Source: Octopus vulgaris (Eukaryota). Taken from it: a DNA stretch of 64,000 nucleotides. The position numbers were made by a program, and so were the translations under genes. The notes beneath the pieces were generated by a model. The model was given only the letters and a program-made list of their open reading frames with translations. It was not told the origin of the DNA and ran no database searches. This document shows, piece by piece, positions 24,390 through 37,820 of the stretch (the first letter of the stretch is position 1; each line of letters begins with the position of its first letter). The stretch spans positions 133,300,001 through 133,364,000 of the forward strand of contig OX597818.1 of the NCBI GenBank assembly GCA_951406725.2. Reading direction: 5' to 3'.

Positions 24390-24390
<1 letters not shown>
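22573..24390 (+). mobile_element. Non-autonomous Helitron-like element
   Basis: A|TC at the 5' end and CTAG|T at the 3' end, with a degenerate hairpin (ACTCAATGGGT) about 10 nt before CTAG and no TSD. Internal direct, tandem and inverted repeats. Confidence 0.7.
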
Positions 24391-24446
<56 letters not shown>

Positions 24447-24542
24447 AAAATAATATAAATTCATTAATTTTATGTATTGGCTTATGTTTTTCATTGTTTG
24501 ATTTGCCTAATAGTGGTTTTATCTCTAATTTAATATAATATA

Positions 24543-24578
<36 letters not shown>

Positions 24579-24699
24579 TGTATGTATGTATGTATGTATG
24601 TATGTATAGAGTGTTAGGTGTGATGTACAGAAATTGAATATTGAGAAAAAGTCATCAGAATTTTGTAAAAAAATCTTTTTAGTTCTTCATTATTAGTAT

Positions 24700-25150
24700 T
24701 TATGTTGTTAAGAAGGTTGCCACACAACCACATGGTTTAGGGCTCAGTCCCACTGTGTGATATTTTGGGCACCTTCAAGGCTATAGTAGAAGATACCCAG
24801 AATCCACTTGCAAGGGGATTTGGCAGACAGAAACTGAAGAGAAGCCTGTCATATATGTATGTTTCTCACTATATGAGTATGAGTATTTATATATGTGTTT
24901 GTATACATCCTTGCTTTGGCATAATATGATGGCTATAAATGAGCATCACAGCCATACAAACAGTGTTGTTTATTTTTAGTCTTCCATGAAAAACTTATCT
25001 GGTCATTGAGTAATATTATATTACTTGGAAACAGAAGGCGGTTAGCAGCAAAAAGGGTTTCCAGCTCAGGTAAATCTGCCTCAACAAATTCCATCTGACC
25101 CATGCAAGCATAGAAAAGTAAATGCTAAATGATGATGACGATGGTGATGT
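24700..25150 (+). mobile_element. Diverged SINE family A head (with micro-inversions) followed by a family-C-like tail
   Basis: AACCACATGGTTTAGGGCTCAGTCCCACTGTG...GAAACTGAAGAGAAGCCTGTC, then ...GACCCATGCAAGCATAGAAAAG..(GAT)n. Confidence 0.6.
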
Positions 25151-25422
25151 GTTGGGGGATGGGGGTGTATAAGACAATGTATAAATAATGGTCATTACAT
25201 ATTTTTCCTTTACTGGAATAAATTTGGCTTACAGCTGTTTCCAGTAGTCATTATAGGCTCATTATTGATAGGTTTTGCAGTTGGTCTATTGATCAGTTGA
25301 GAAAAGTTGAATGACCTAAAACATTGGAGTTCTTAACAAATCTAAACAATATTGTTGGCCTGGTGTGCTGACAGAGAGCTTATGAAGTATTTTGTCTGGA
25401 TTAATAATCCCTTTCCAATAAC

Positions 25423-25460
<38 letters not shown>

Positions 25461-27973
25461 AGGATTGAGAAAAAATCCATTTAGTGAATTGTCATACAAA
25501 ATATGAAAAGAAGGAAAATGCACAAAAATTTTATGCTGTAAAAATATATAGATATATTTCTTTTTATGAAATGAGATATTTACATAGTCAACCAATTTCA
25601 TTTATGCTAATCATGACTAAGTAGTTAGTGACTATGTTGTATTTTTTCCAACATAAAATTTCTCAGCATTTTCCTTCTTTTTGTATTTTCTAATACATAT
25701 CATCATCATCATCACCATCATCATTTAACACCTGCTTACCATATGTATGCACAAACACATAAATGCATGCAGACATAATATGAACACAAAAATACAATTT
25801 AAGAACCATGTTCTAGTTAAAGTTATCAGATGGTTTCATACAATGGTAGAATTCTGCAAGTTGGGAAATCTGAAAGAAGCTATTGTGCATGTGTATAAAA
25901 TGGAATCATAGGATACAACAGACTCTATAATTATGATGCTTAATGCTATGTTCAAATCAAAATATAAAGTGCAAATAAAGAATCCAGGTTATTAATTCAT
26001 AAACTTTAACTATAAACATTATTTCACACCTTTTATTTTGAATGTTTATTTTTACCATTAATATCATTCTGCTTTTCTTGTTTATTTTTATATTTTCCTT
26101 GCCCTTTGCAGTTTTATGCTTTTTACCTTTTCCATTCCATACAATATCAAAAAATTAGTGAATTTGGTTTTGTTTCTCCAGTTTCCAAATGAATCTACTA
26201 AAGGAAATTTATCTTCATCACTGGAACTATCGCTATTAATCATTATATTTCTTAGATGTCATTTCTTGACAAAGTGAGATGAATGAAACCAATCTTGCTT
26301 ACTAAATATGTTTCATTTTCTTTTTTTGTTATCATTTAAATTTTTGTTTTTGTTTTCTTTTTGCAAAATCACAAATTGATGGTAATAAATTGTGGCAGTA
26401 ATTCATTGGTGGAATTTGTCTGTTTAGCATGGTATACCATAAAATGACTGAAAATTCCTCAAGCATTATTCAAGAAATTATACTTCACTGCAGTTGATTC
26501 ACTGCTGTTTCTACTTAAATCACTAAAATTTCCTTATTTCTTATGAGAATTCTTTTAAGTCTTCCACTAAATGAAATAAAAAACAGAGATAACATGTCTG
26601 ATATTTTATGGTCATTAAGCTGAAGTCAGCATCTGATAATAGACTGCTGGAATAGAATCCGCTTTCTCAAAACCTTTGTTGTTTGTAGTCCATTCAATTA
26701 GTCTTTCCACTAACCATAGCAGTTCCAGCTCCAAAGTAGATGGTATTATCTTTATTCACACAGTCAAAAACATTCGTGGTAGCACACAGATAAAGCAGAT
26801 CTTTCTCCAATCTTTAAGATAAAACAAAGGCGTTACCATTGTCATCTAAAATACTCTTTGTGTGCATTAAAGTCTGATCAAAGTGACACAAAATGATATT
26901 TTTTTAAAAAAGAAATTTACTCAAGCAGTTTGATTTATGACATTCAACACTTAACTCAACTGCTCCATTTTCTATGGCTGCTATCTGTAGTTAAATTTCC
27001 TTCTTTGAAAAATGAAACTCTTTAATGTACACTATGTGCAGTCATGCATCCATACTATGATCATTTTTAATGATAGTGTTAATATTTAAAAAAATAATAA
27101 ATAAATAAAATATAATGCTAAAATCCTCAAGAAAAGTGAGACTTTTCACTATTTTTCAAAGGACTGATTTTTTTTTTTCAGAAACAAACACCTAATTAAC
27201 ACATTAATAACAACACAGATCTAAAAGCAACTATGATACTATTAAGTATCAAAGACTGCTCACAATATACCACCAATAAACAGCTGAATTATTTGAAGTA
27301 GTCAAACAGAAATATAAATCATTCTAAAAACTTTTCTACATATGAGAAGCAGAAAATTATTGTTTATTTTTACCTCATAAGATTATTGTGCATATTTAAT
27401 TAATTAATGCTACAGGAATAAACTTTAAAGTATACTTCTTACAAGCAAAATCAAAGCTGATTATGTCAACTTGATGCTAGTCTACCAGTCATAAAGTCAG
27501 TGGTTTATATGTCTTTAACACTATAGTGTCCATGGCCAAGACGTCTAGTCCTCACTAGCTTCAGTTATCATCAATTAGATCAGCTCTTTTGTTAATGCAA
27601 AAACTGCATAATTCATGCATTGGGTTAATGAAAAAACTGTTACTGTGTTACATGAAATAGTGTGACTGTAAATACAATTAACTGAATTAATAAACCAGAG
27701 AAAACTTTAGAAGAAACAGCATGTATCAGCCATTGTGCTCAGAGAAAAGCTGGCCGAAAAGATTTAGACAAAGAAAAAGATTATAAAATGCAGACCTATC
27801 CAACCCATATCAGTGTGGTAAAATTTATGAAAAGGATGATACTGATGAAGCTGATGATTAGGGTTGTAGTCAGAGTAGGAATCGAAATTTAAATAGATAG
27901 TTAACTTCTAATTCACAGTTTTCAGTTTATGTAAAGAAACACCTTTTTTGATGATGATGGTGATGATGATGAT

Positions 27974-28190
27974 AATCCTTTCTACTATCGATATAAAGCC
28001 TAAAATTTTGGGGAATGGGTAAATCGATTGCATCAACCCCAGTGTTCCACTGATACTTAATTTATTAATCATGAAAGTTTGAAAGGCAAAGTCAACCTTG
28101 GCAGTACTTGAACTCAGAATGTAAAGATAGATGAAATACCACTAAGTATTTTGTCCAGCGTGCTAACAATTCTGCCAGCTTACTGCCTTC
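27974..28190 (-). mobile_element. SINE family E
   Basis: Reverse complement of the family E domain (GAAAGGCAAAGTCAACC..TTGAACTCAGAA). Confidence 0.75.
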
Positions 28191-28224
<34 letters not shown>

Positions 28225-28241
28225 TAATAATAATAATAATA

Positions 28242-28608
28242 ATGTGGAACCTGAAGACTAAAACAATACCTGTTGTCATAGGTGCCCTGGGAATGATAGC
28301 AAAATGGGCTGATTGCTACCTAACTCAGATACCATGAAACCCAAAAATGGCAGAAATTCAAAAGATAGTGCTCATGGGAACTGCTCATATCCTACACAAA
28401 ATACTTTCTATGTAATCTCAAGGTTTAAAACAAACATAATTTTTTTTTTTTAGACATCCACTAGTACAACACCAAAAAAAAAAGCAACCAAATATATGGC
28501 ACACTAGGCATAACAACAACGTGAACTTCCAACCTGTTGTCTCTTGAGGTCTCTGGGTGAGACTTGGAGCCAACTTGTACAAATATAAAGCAAAAGTCAA
28601 ACATAGAA
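28242..28608 (+). mobile_element. R4/Dong-clade LINE 3' end embedded in (TAA)n
   Basis: MWNLKTKTIPVVIGALGMI...EIQKIVLMGTAHILHKILSM* plus 3' UTR. (TAA)n on both sides. Confidence 0.85.
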
Positions 28609-28629
28609 TAATAATAATAATGATAATAT

Positions 28630-29067
28630 TCCTTTTTACTATTGGCACAAAGCCTGGTACTTGATGGGACTAGTCAATTATACTGACTATCAACCCAAAA
28701 TAGGATGAGAGGCAAGTCAACCTTGGCAGAATTTGAACTCAGGACATAAAGAGTTAAGAAGAAATACTGCTAAGCATATTGTTCCTCAAGCTAACAATTC
28801 TATCAGTCACCAACTTCGTTATTATTATCATTATTATTAAGGTGGCAATTCGGCAGAATCATTAGCATACCAGGTGAAATGCTTAGCAGTATTTCATCTG
28901 CTGCTACGTTCTGAGTTCAAATTCCGCCGAGATAAACTTTGCCTTTCATCCTTTCGGGGTCAATAAATTAAGTACCAGTTGAGTGTTGGGGTTGACATAA
29001 TTTACTATCCCCCTCCCCCAACTATCAGGCCTTGTGCCTACAGTAGAAAGGATTATCATTATTATTA

Positions 29068-29107
<40 letters not shown>

Positions 29108-29250
29108 CATTATTATCATTATTATTATCATTATCATTATTACTATTATTAAAAGCAGTGAGCTGACAGAATCATTAGCATGAGAGACGAAATGCTTTGC
29201 GGCATTTCGTCCATAACTATGTTCTATGTTCAAATTCTTCTGAGGTTGAC
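28630..29250. mobile_element. Cluster of family E SINE copies (28630-28816 -, 28839-29055 +, 29152-29250 +) separated by (TTA)n
   Basis: Repeated GCAGAATCATTAGCA and GAGTTCAAATTC motifs plus the central domain. Confidence 0.75.
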
Positions 29251-29310
29251 TTACAACCATGAGCTTACAATCATGAGTGAAACACCCTAACCACTAGGTC
29301 ATGTATCCTC

Positions 29311-29406
<96 letters not shown>

Positions 29407-29734
29407 CATACATGATGTATGGTGAATTTATGGAAAGAAGTCCCATAAAACTCATCAATTTATTTAAAAACGGAGGAGACAAGTTATTAAAATATATAAG
29501 CAGTTTAATTCTTGCAGACGATCGTTTTGTACAGACATATAAAAATAATAATGCAAATTCATGATTTAATTAAATTAAACTCAATTAATTAAATTAATTA
29601 AATATATCAATGTACTCTTCAGGGCAGGAAGTATAAACAAAAATACAATGAACTTGAGAAGGAAAATAGCAGAAAGATTGAATCTAGGAGTTTCATATTT
29701 TTATTCTTGTGAGAAATAGATGTGTCACTCTCTC

Positions 29735-30138
29735 TCTTTTTACTCTTTTACTCTTTTACTTGTTTCAGTCATTTGACTGCGGCCATGCTGGAGCACCACC
29801 TTTTAGTCGAGCAAATTGACCCCGGGACTTATTCTTTGTAAGCCCAGTACTTATTCTATCGGTCTCTATTGCCGAACCGCTAAGTGACAGGGACGTAAAC
29901 ACACCAGCATCTGTTATCAAGTAATGCTTGGGGGACAAACACAGACACACAAATATATACACACACACATACATATATATATACATATATATGACAGGCT
30001 TCTTTCAGTTTCCGTCTACCAAATCCACTCACAAGGCATTGGTCGGCCCGGGGCTATAGCAGAAGACACTTGCCCAAGATGCCACGCAGTGGGACTGAAC
30101 CCGGAACCATGTGGTTGGTTAGCAAGCTACTTACCACA
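29735..30138 (-). mobile_element. SINE family A (head slightly truncated)
   Basis: Near-identical to 11602-12014. Confidence 0.9.
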
Positions 30139-30395
30139 TGAATAAAAATGAATAAAATGAATAAAAAAAGTTTATTTTATTGAAGTATTCATGTGTTAGA
30201 TTATACAGTAGATGTGTTTTGGTATAAATAAAAATTTACTTTAGAGGTAATAATCTAGCTTAGTATTATATGAGAAGAATATGTAATGGTAGTAGGGTCA
30301 TAGTGGTATTCAAGTTAAAAGGGTGCAGTACCAGTTATGAATATAATAAAAGATATGATTATGAGGGTGCACATAAGTGAACAAAAATTTATACA

Positions 30396-30815
30396 TAAAG
30401 TATACTAGCCATCTCTATATGGCTAGCCACTAAGGGTGGGTGTTACTGTAGCTTTTAGCCCCAGGAGATCATCGTCTCCAGCTGGCTTTAGGCACACTTT
30501 CTGTGCCCTTATGGTATTTGCAAAGGGAGGTCATCCCTCTCTCATAAACTTAAGTGATACGCACGGACTGCAGTTTCAAGGTATTTGCCTCTTATCAACG
30601 TACGGTAATCACCGGTTTTCGATGAAGAGAGACCTGTTTGCGAATATCTATTTAATGTTTTTCCAGTAACCACTGTCACTGATTTCGAAAAACTGTCTGA
30701 AAGCAATAATAAATCTCTGAACGAGATGTAAACAGTAACTACACGACAACGTAAAGTATACTAGCCATCTCAATATGGCTAACCACTAAGGGTGGGTGTT
30801 GCTGTAGCTTTTAGC
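30396..30815 (-). mobile_element. Retrozyme/PLE-pLTR-like non-coding element: 356-bp unit with 64-bp terminal direct repeat
   Basis: 30396-30459 is repeated at 30752-30815 (3 mismatches). Probable TSD TTT(A/T)TACAT. Internal hammerhead and several hairpins. No credible ORF. Confidence 0.8.
30554..30612 (-). ncRNA. Type-I hammerhead ribozyme, U3-A8 core variant, GUC cleavage site
   Basis: GUGAUUAC-CGUACG-UUGAUAA-GAGG-CAAAUA-CCUU-GAAA-C-UGCA-G-UC/CGUGCG-UAUCAC. All three helices pair. Confidence 0.8.
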
Positions 30816-31100
30816 TTTTTACATGATATAGGAGAAAAAATAATCTAATAGGGAGAAGAGTGTGTGTATATTTACTCATATGTGTGTAGAAGCATATTTG
30901 CACATTAGTATATATATATACTGAATTCTAACTGTTGTATGATTAGGATAGACATATAAAAGAAAACACCATATAAATATACACATACTGGTGCAAAGAG
31001 AGAAGAGGCAAACACACATATAGATATAAATACACATACCTAATAAGTAGTATGCAAAACATTCATATATACATAGATACGCACGTTCATATTGATATAC

Positions 31101-31288
31101 ATGTGGCACGTAAAAAGCACCCACTACACTCATGGAGTGGTTGGCGTTAGGAAGGGCATCCAGTTGTAGAAACACTGCCAGATCAGACTGGGCCTGATGC
31201 AGCCTTCTGGCTTCACAGACCCCAGTTGAACCGTCCAACCCATGCCAGCATGGAAAGCGGACGCTAAACGATGATGATGATGATGATG
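31101..31288 (+). mobile_element. Family C repeat
   Basis: GTGGCACGTAAAAAGCACCC...GTCCAACCCATGCCAGCATGGAAAGCGGACGCTAAAC(GAT)n. Confidence 0.88.
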
Positions 31289-31986
31289 TTTAGTACTAAC
31301 ATATTTATAAGAAAACAAACAAATCAATAGATATAACATAGATGACATATAAGATCCATACCTAAATATGCACACATGGGTGTAGACATGTAGGACACCA
31401 CGAAGTACTACATGTGCATACATGTGTGCATGTATCAGTAGAAAAATATATGTAATTATAAGGTATAGTGATAAGTAACATAAACCAGTAACAGTTAGAA
31501 TGGGTATGATGAGAGGGGGAAGTGCAAAAGAGAAAAAGTGGGGAGTACATGGAAAGAATTAGTCAAAATAAAATACAAAGAATTATAGGTATATTACATA
31601 CTAAGGAAAGATATACTTTCTTTTATCCAAACATATGGAGAGAAAAAAAGAGGTGTAGGGAGAGACAGATTAAGTATTAGCCCTATATACAGTGGGTGAT
31701 GCAATTGTTAGAAGGAACTGTTAAATTAAAAAGATGTACAAAGATAATGTAAGATACAGTAATGAGTAATTGTATGCCACAGAAAAGGGTAATATATAGA
31801 TAGTTTTCTAAACAAAAACAAAAAAACTAAGCAAGAGGAGAGTGAAGAATTATTTAAGGTTGATGAATAGGAATTTGGTCATGTGTTTACATGAGAAAAT
31901 ATATTTATATATATATATATATATATATTTAGACAGACAGACAGATAAATATATATGTATATTTATTTATTTAGACAGACAGACAG

Positions 31987-32043
<57 letters not shown>

Positions 32044-32049
32044 CATATC

Positions 32050-32276
32050 TCTGTGCGTGTGTCTTTTGTTTGTTCATATTTGTTCCCCATCACCGCTTGA
32101 CAAATGGTACTGGTTTGTTTACATTCCTGTCACTTAGCAGTTCAGCAACAAATTTCAATAAAATAAGAACCAGATTTATAGGTAAAAAAAATATACTGGG
32201 TTGATTTGTATGACTAAACCTTTCAAGACAGTGCCCCAGCATGGCCACAATCCTATAATTGAAACAAGTATCAGAT
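32050..32276 (+). mobile_element. Diverged 3' half of SINE family A
   Basis: GCTTGACAAATGG..CACTTAGCAGTTCAGCAA..CCAGCATGGCCACA..GAAACAAGTA. Confidence 0.65.
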
Positions 32277-33344
32277 AATATATATATATATATAAAAGGT
32301 AGCTGAATCAAAGGCAATGTATTTTTCAAGAGAAATATAATAAAAGAGCGGATGACAGTATGTAACTTAATTCTCAATTACATTTCAATATATCTCATAA
32401 CTGTCTCTTTAAATAAAACTGTTCAAATTACATGCTTATAAGTCACATCAGTTGATATTTTGAATCAACTCCATTGATTTTATTAGTCTTCATAAATGAC
32501 ACTTAAAAAACAATTTGATAACATGTAGACAGAAGTTATGAATTAATTTTTTCCAAAAGGTAATAAGTGTGACATTGAAATTCAATAAATATATTTTGAC
32601 TCCACGGATTTTTCTATTGTTAAATAACCCTTTATATTATCAATTTTGGTTTAGACTGTGTATCTTTATTTGGTTTATGGAATCTATCAAATCTCATTAA
32701 AGCCATAATCCAGTAGGGAATTTACAGAATCATGAGACAATTTCTTATTGGTACAGAGAATTTTAGGCTAATCCTAGCAAACCTAGACTGCAACTGTAAG
32801 GGGTCTGCACCTTGTTCGGTTCCTTTTGTTGATCCCTCTTATCATGAAAACCTCAGATAAGCCTCAGATTACATAAATAGCTGTGCTGGATGCATATAAA
32901 GGCAGGCAGGCATGCATGTAGATTGTCTTTAGCTCTTATGACATGCACCTACTTGTAAACCCATACATCATAATATAACAATTTAATGTTATCATAGTTA
33001 TTGCAACTGGTGAAGAAAATGTCTAAAAATATTAACTGACAAACTGCTATTTAAAATTAATCTCAGCTACAGGCTACAATAATGGTTGATGCCAACTGTG
33101 ACATGATGACGGAAGGATTCCAGCTGAACAAACATGATTTGCATGTAAGTGCACAACCCTATGACCTGTTACAAGCTGAAGATACATTTTCCAGCTTTCA
33201 TATCAATTTGCCAGTGAAATAAATCTGTTAAGATAACTATGTGCAATGGGATCATGTGTGCATGTTCACTAATAAAGCAACTCACGAGAATATGAATATA
33301 TTGTGTGATTATAATGTTGCATATTAAATGCAACACAACAGTTA

Positions 33345-33940
<596 letters not shown>

Positions 33941-34547
33941 AACAGCCAAACAACTGGCATATAATGCAAACAAGATGGAAATCTACGTATGAATTAATAT
34001 AGTGATAGCATTGTATAATAAGCATGTATCAACATAATGAACTATAGAAATACCAAACATTATTATGTATGACAGTCTCCTCACTGTATGAACAAACAAG
34101 ACGGTGCATTAGCCTCATAGTCCAATACATAAAAATGCTTGTATTGTGATAAATAATTACATTACATGAAATAATCTATTACCATATTTAGAAAAACATG
34201 ATCAACTTAAACAAACAATGTCATCAGATTTGTTCAGAGAAATTTTAGCGAAAATATAAATGTTAGTGTAATTATTTACGTGTTGTTTTATAGATGTCCA
34301 TAAAAGCAGCGACCATAAAGTAATGAATAAATATTACTGGAAATAAAATCAGTATAGATGCCCAACCCCCAACTCACAACACCCTACCTGATATGTTGGT
34401 GGTCTACTTTTTCTTTGAACACACTGACTTCCATCAGTTCAAATTTTGTATATACACATATACATGTGTGTGTGTGTGTGTGTGTTATAACTTACTGTAA
34501 TTCTGTAATTCACCCTAAGTGATCCTTGGTGCTTGTTACTGCTTGGT

Positions 34548-34930
34548 GGAGGCGCAATGGCCCAGTGGTTAGGGCAGCGGACTCGCGGTCATAGGATCGC
34601 GGTTTCGATTCCCAGACCGGGCGTTGTGAGTGTTTATTGAGCAAAAACACCTAAAAGCTCCACGAGGCTCCGGCAGGGGATGGTGGTGATCCCTGCTGTA
34701 CTCTTTCACCACAACTTTCTCTCACTCTTACATCCTGTTTCTGTTGTACCTGTATTTCAAGGGACCGGCCTTGTCACTCTCTGTGTCACGCTGAATATCC
34801 CCAAGAACTACGTTAAGGGTGCACGTGTCTGTGGAGTGCTCAGCCACTTACACGTTAATTTCATGAGCAGGCTGTTCCATTGATTCGGATCAACCGGAAC
34901 CCTCATCGTCGTAACCGACGGAGTGCTTCC
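34548..34930 (+). mobile_element. SINE family B, full length
   Basis: Family B head and tail. TACTGCTTG duplicated on both flanks. Confidence 0.92.
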
Positions 34931-35234
34931 ACTACTGCTTGATGCATTTAGCCAGAACCCGGACTGTACCTGACAGCTCTTACAGTAACCACCTGGATAA
35001 TTTGTCCCTATATACTCATTGTGTGTATATATACACACTTTCAAATCATTTACAGTCACTGCCAACCATGTATGTATACAATTTATGTACGGTGACAGCA
35101 GCAGCAGATCCCCTCAGCTCTTATTTCTAGCAGTGTAGGTGTTCTGACACCCTCAGTCATATTCAATGACAATTATTGCTTTCCTTTTTGGTGAAACTCT
35201 GCTGATTAGCTGTCTCATTTAATTATATATAATG

Positions 35235-35517
35235 ACTGGCCATTGCCAGCCTCGCCTGGCCCCTGTGCCGGTGGCACGTAAAAAGCACCATCCGACCGTG
35301 GCCATTTGCCAACCCGTCTGGCACCTGTGCCGGTGGCATGTAAAAAGCACCCACTACACTCATGGAGTGGTTGGCGTTAGGAAGGGCATCCAGCCGTAGA
35401 AACATTGCATGATCAGACTGGGCCTGGTGCAGCCTTCTGGCTTCCCAGACCCCGGTTGAACCGTCCAACCCATGCTAGCATGGAAAATGGACACTAAATG
35501 ATGATGATGATGATGAT
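35235..35517 (+). mobile_element. Family C repeat
   Basis: Tandem CCTGTGCCGGTGGCAYGTAAAAAGCACC units and a (GAT)n tail. Confidence 0.88.
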
Positions 35518-35529
35518 ATATATATATAC

Positions 35530-35561
<32 letters not shown>

Positions 35562-36940
35562 GCAATTATGGGGATAAGCAAATTAGACACCTCAAATATA
35601 TTAAATATATTAAATATATCAAATACAAATTGTGTATTTATGTATACATACAAAACGAGAGAAAGCAAAAGATGGAAACTTTCAGATGATGAATTTACAT
35701 GTATAAATATATATATATTTATATAATTAGGTTCAACTTACACAGAATACAAACAATAGAAAATTAAAAGGGTGGAAAAGAGGTATTAAAAGTCCAACAG
35801 GTGTTTCTGAGAGCTCAGCAATCCATAATATTGTTGGTAGATTTAGTCTATCACAAAATGTGGCCATATGGATGCATTTAGCATAGGGTGAAACAAGCCT
35901 CCATCATCATTGAACCTCTCTGCATTAAGATCTGAAATGTAAGATCTAGTCTACCCTGATGACCTGATGCAGATACCTGGTTGAGTTCGTGTGTTACTTG
36001 AATTGCTGATGCATACACCCAAGTGTTTGCATCTATTCACATAAGAATATCACATGGAGAATTTTTGGAATGTCTTGCAAATCTTGGATTTAGAGAATTC
36101 GCCTCAGTTTCTTTTGCTCTTTCTGCATGAAACTGAATATTTCTAGGCAAATTTGTTGGTGCATAACCTATCGGTTCTCTCTCTTTTGGTAAGGTGATGC
36201 AAAAGTACGCAATGGACATTGTAGCATTATCAGAGACTAGATTTCTTGGACAGGGTAATTTTACTGAGAAATCCAGTGGCTACACGTTTTATTGGAGTGG
36301 GAAATAAGAAAAGGAAAATTGCAAAAACAGAAAGCGGTGTTGCTTTTGCTCTGAAAACCTCCTTGGTTAAGTTAGAGGAATTACCATACAGTATAAATGA
36401 TAGAATAATATTGCTGAAGTTGCCTTTAAAAAAAGGTCAGTATGTAACACCTGTAACACCTGTTAGTGTTTATACACCAACTATGGATGCATGTGAAAAT
36501 GAAAAGCTCTCCTTTTAAGCAAATATCCACAAATTTCCACATGAGGATAAGATTATCATATTGGGTGATTTTAATGCTAGAGTTGGTAAAGATTATGAGA
36601 CGTGAGGTGTAATTGGAAGACATGGAGTGGGAAATTGTAAAAGCAATGGCTTACATTTGTAACAGATATGTTCTGAGCTGAATCTATTTATTATGAGCAC
36701 TACTTTTCAGCAAAAAGATAAGTTCAAAACTACATGGATGCATCCCAGTTCAAAATGATGGCACCTGATAGACTATATGATAACTAAACAGCAAGATAAG
36801 AGAGATTGCTGTATATTGCGTGTTGTGCAGAGAGCAGAATATTGGGCAGATTACCGCTTGGTTCATGGGAAGATCAAGTTTGTAGTGATACCAAAAATTA
36901 GACAAGGTGGCACTGGCATCCCTAAACGTCTGAATGTGCA

Positions 36941-37084
36941 TAACTGGTACTTAATTTATCGACCCCGAAAGGATGAAAGGTAAAGTCGACCTCGGCAGAA
37001 TTTGAACTCAGAACGTAATGCCAGACGAAATACGGCTACGCATTTCACCCGGCATGCTAACATTTCTGCCAGCTTGCCACCTTA
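36941..37084 (-). mobile_element. SINE family E fragment in the RTE LINE
   Basis: CTGGTACTTAATTTATCGACCCCGAAAGGATGAAAGG...GCCAGCTTGCCACCTT. Confidence 0.85.
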
Positions 37085-37589
37085 AGAGAATAGGAATGGT
37101 GTTTTATTGAAGGAGTTCAAAGACATCTTAAAACGATGGGAGGAACATTTCAATGAACTTCTGAATCGACCATCAGTTGTTGATGAAAAAGTATTGATAT
37201 GGTTCTACAGAATGCACCCAATGAGTGCTTAGATGACACCCCATCAGTGGAGGAAACAATAAAAGCAGTATCGAAATTGAACACTGGCAAAGCACTGGGA
37301 GTTGATAGCCTGAATGTAGAACTATCTAAGTTTCGGAGGTGGGGTACTACTTGCAAGAAATGCTGACCACAGTAATACAGAAGTTATGAAAAAATGAAAT
37401 TATGCCAAAAGACTGGAAGGATGCAATCATGGAAGTTATGTTCAAGGGTAAGGGACAACAGGATGAATGCCATAACTTTGATGGTATTTGCCTGCTTACT
37501 ACAGCCAGTAAAGTAAACTAGAAGACCACCTATGGTCTAGACATGGTATTTCCAATGCGACAAAGATTAAGGTATACAATACATATATA

Positions 37590-37820
37590 TTTCTTCACTA
37601 CCCACAAGGGGCTAAACATAGAGGGGACAAACAAGGACAGACAAAGGGATTAAGTCGATTACATCGACCCCAGTGCGAAACTGGTACTTTATTTATCGAC
37701 CCTGAAAGGATGAAAGGCAAAGTCGACCTCGGCGGAATTTGAACTCAGAACGTAACGACAGACGAAATACCGCTAAGCATTTTGCCCGGTGCGCTAACAT
37801 TTCTGCCAGCTCGCCGCCTT
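37590..37820 (-). mobile_element. SINE family E, full length, in the RTE LINE
   Basis: Reverse complement of 43278-43506. TSD GTAT(A/G)CAATACATATAT. Confidence 0.92.
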
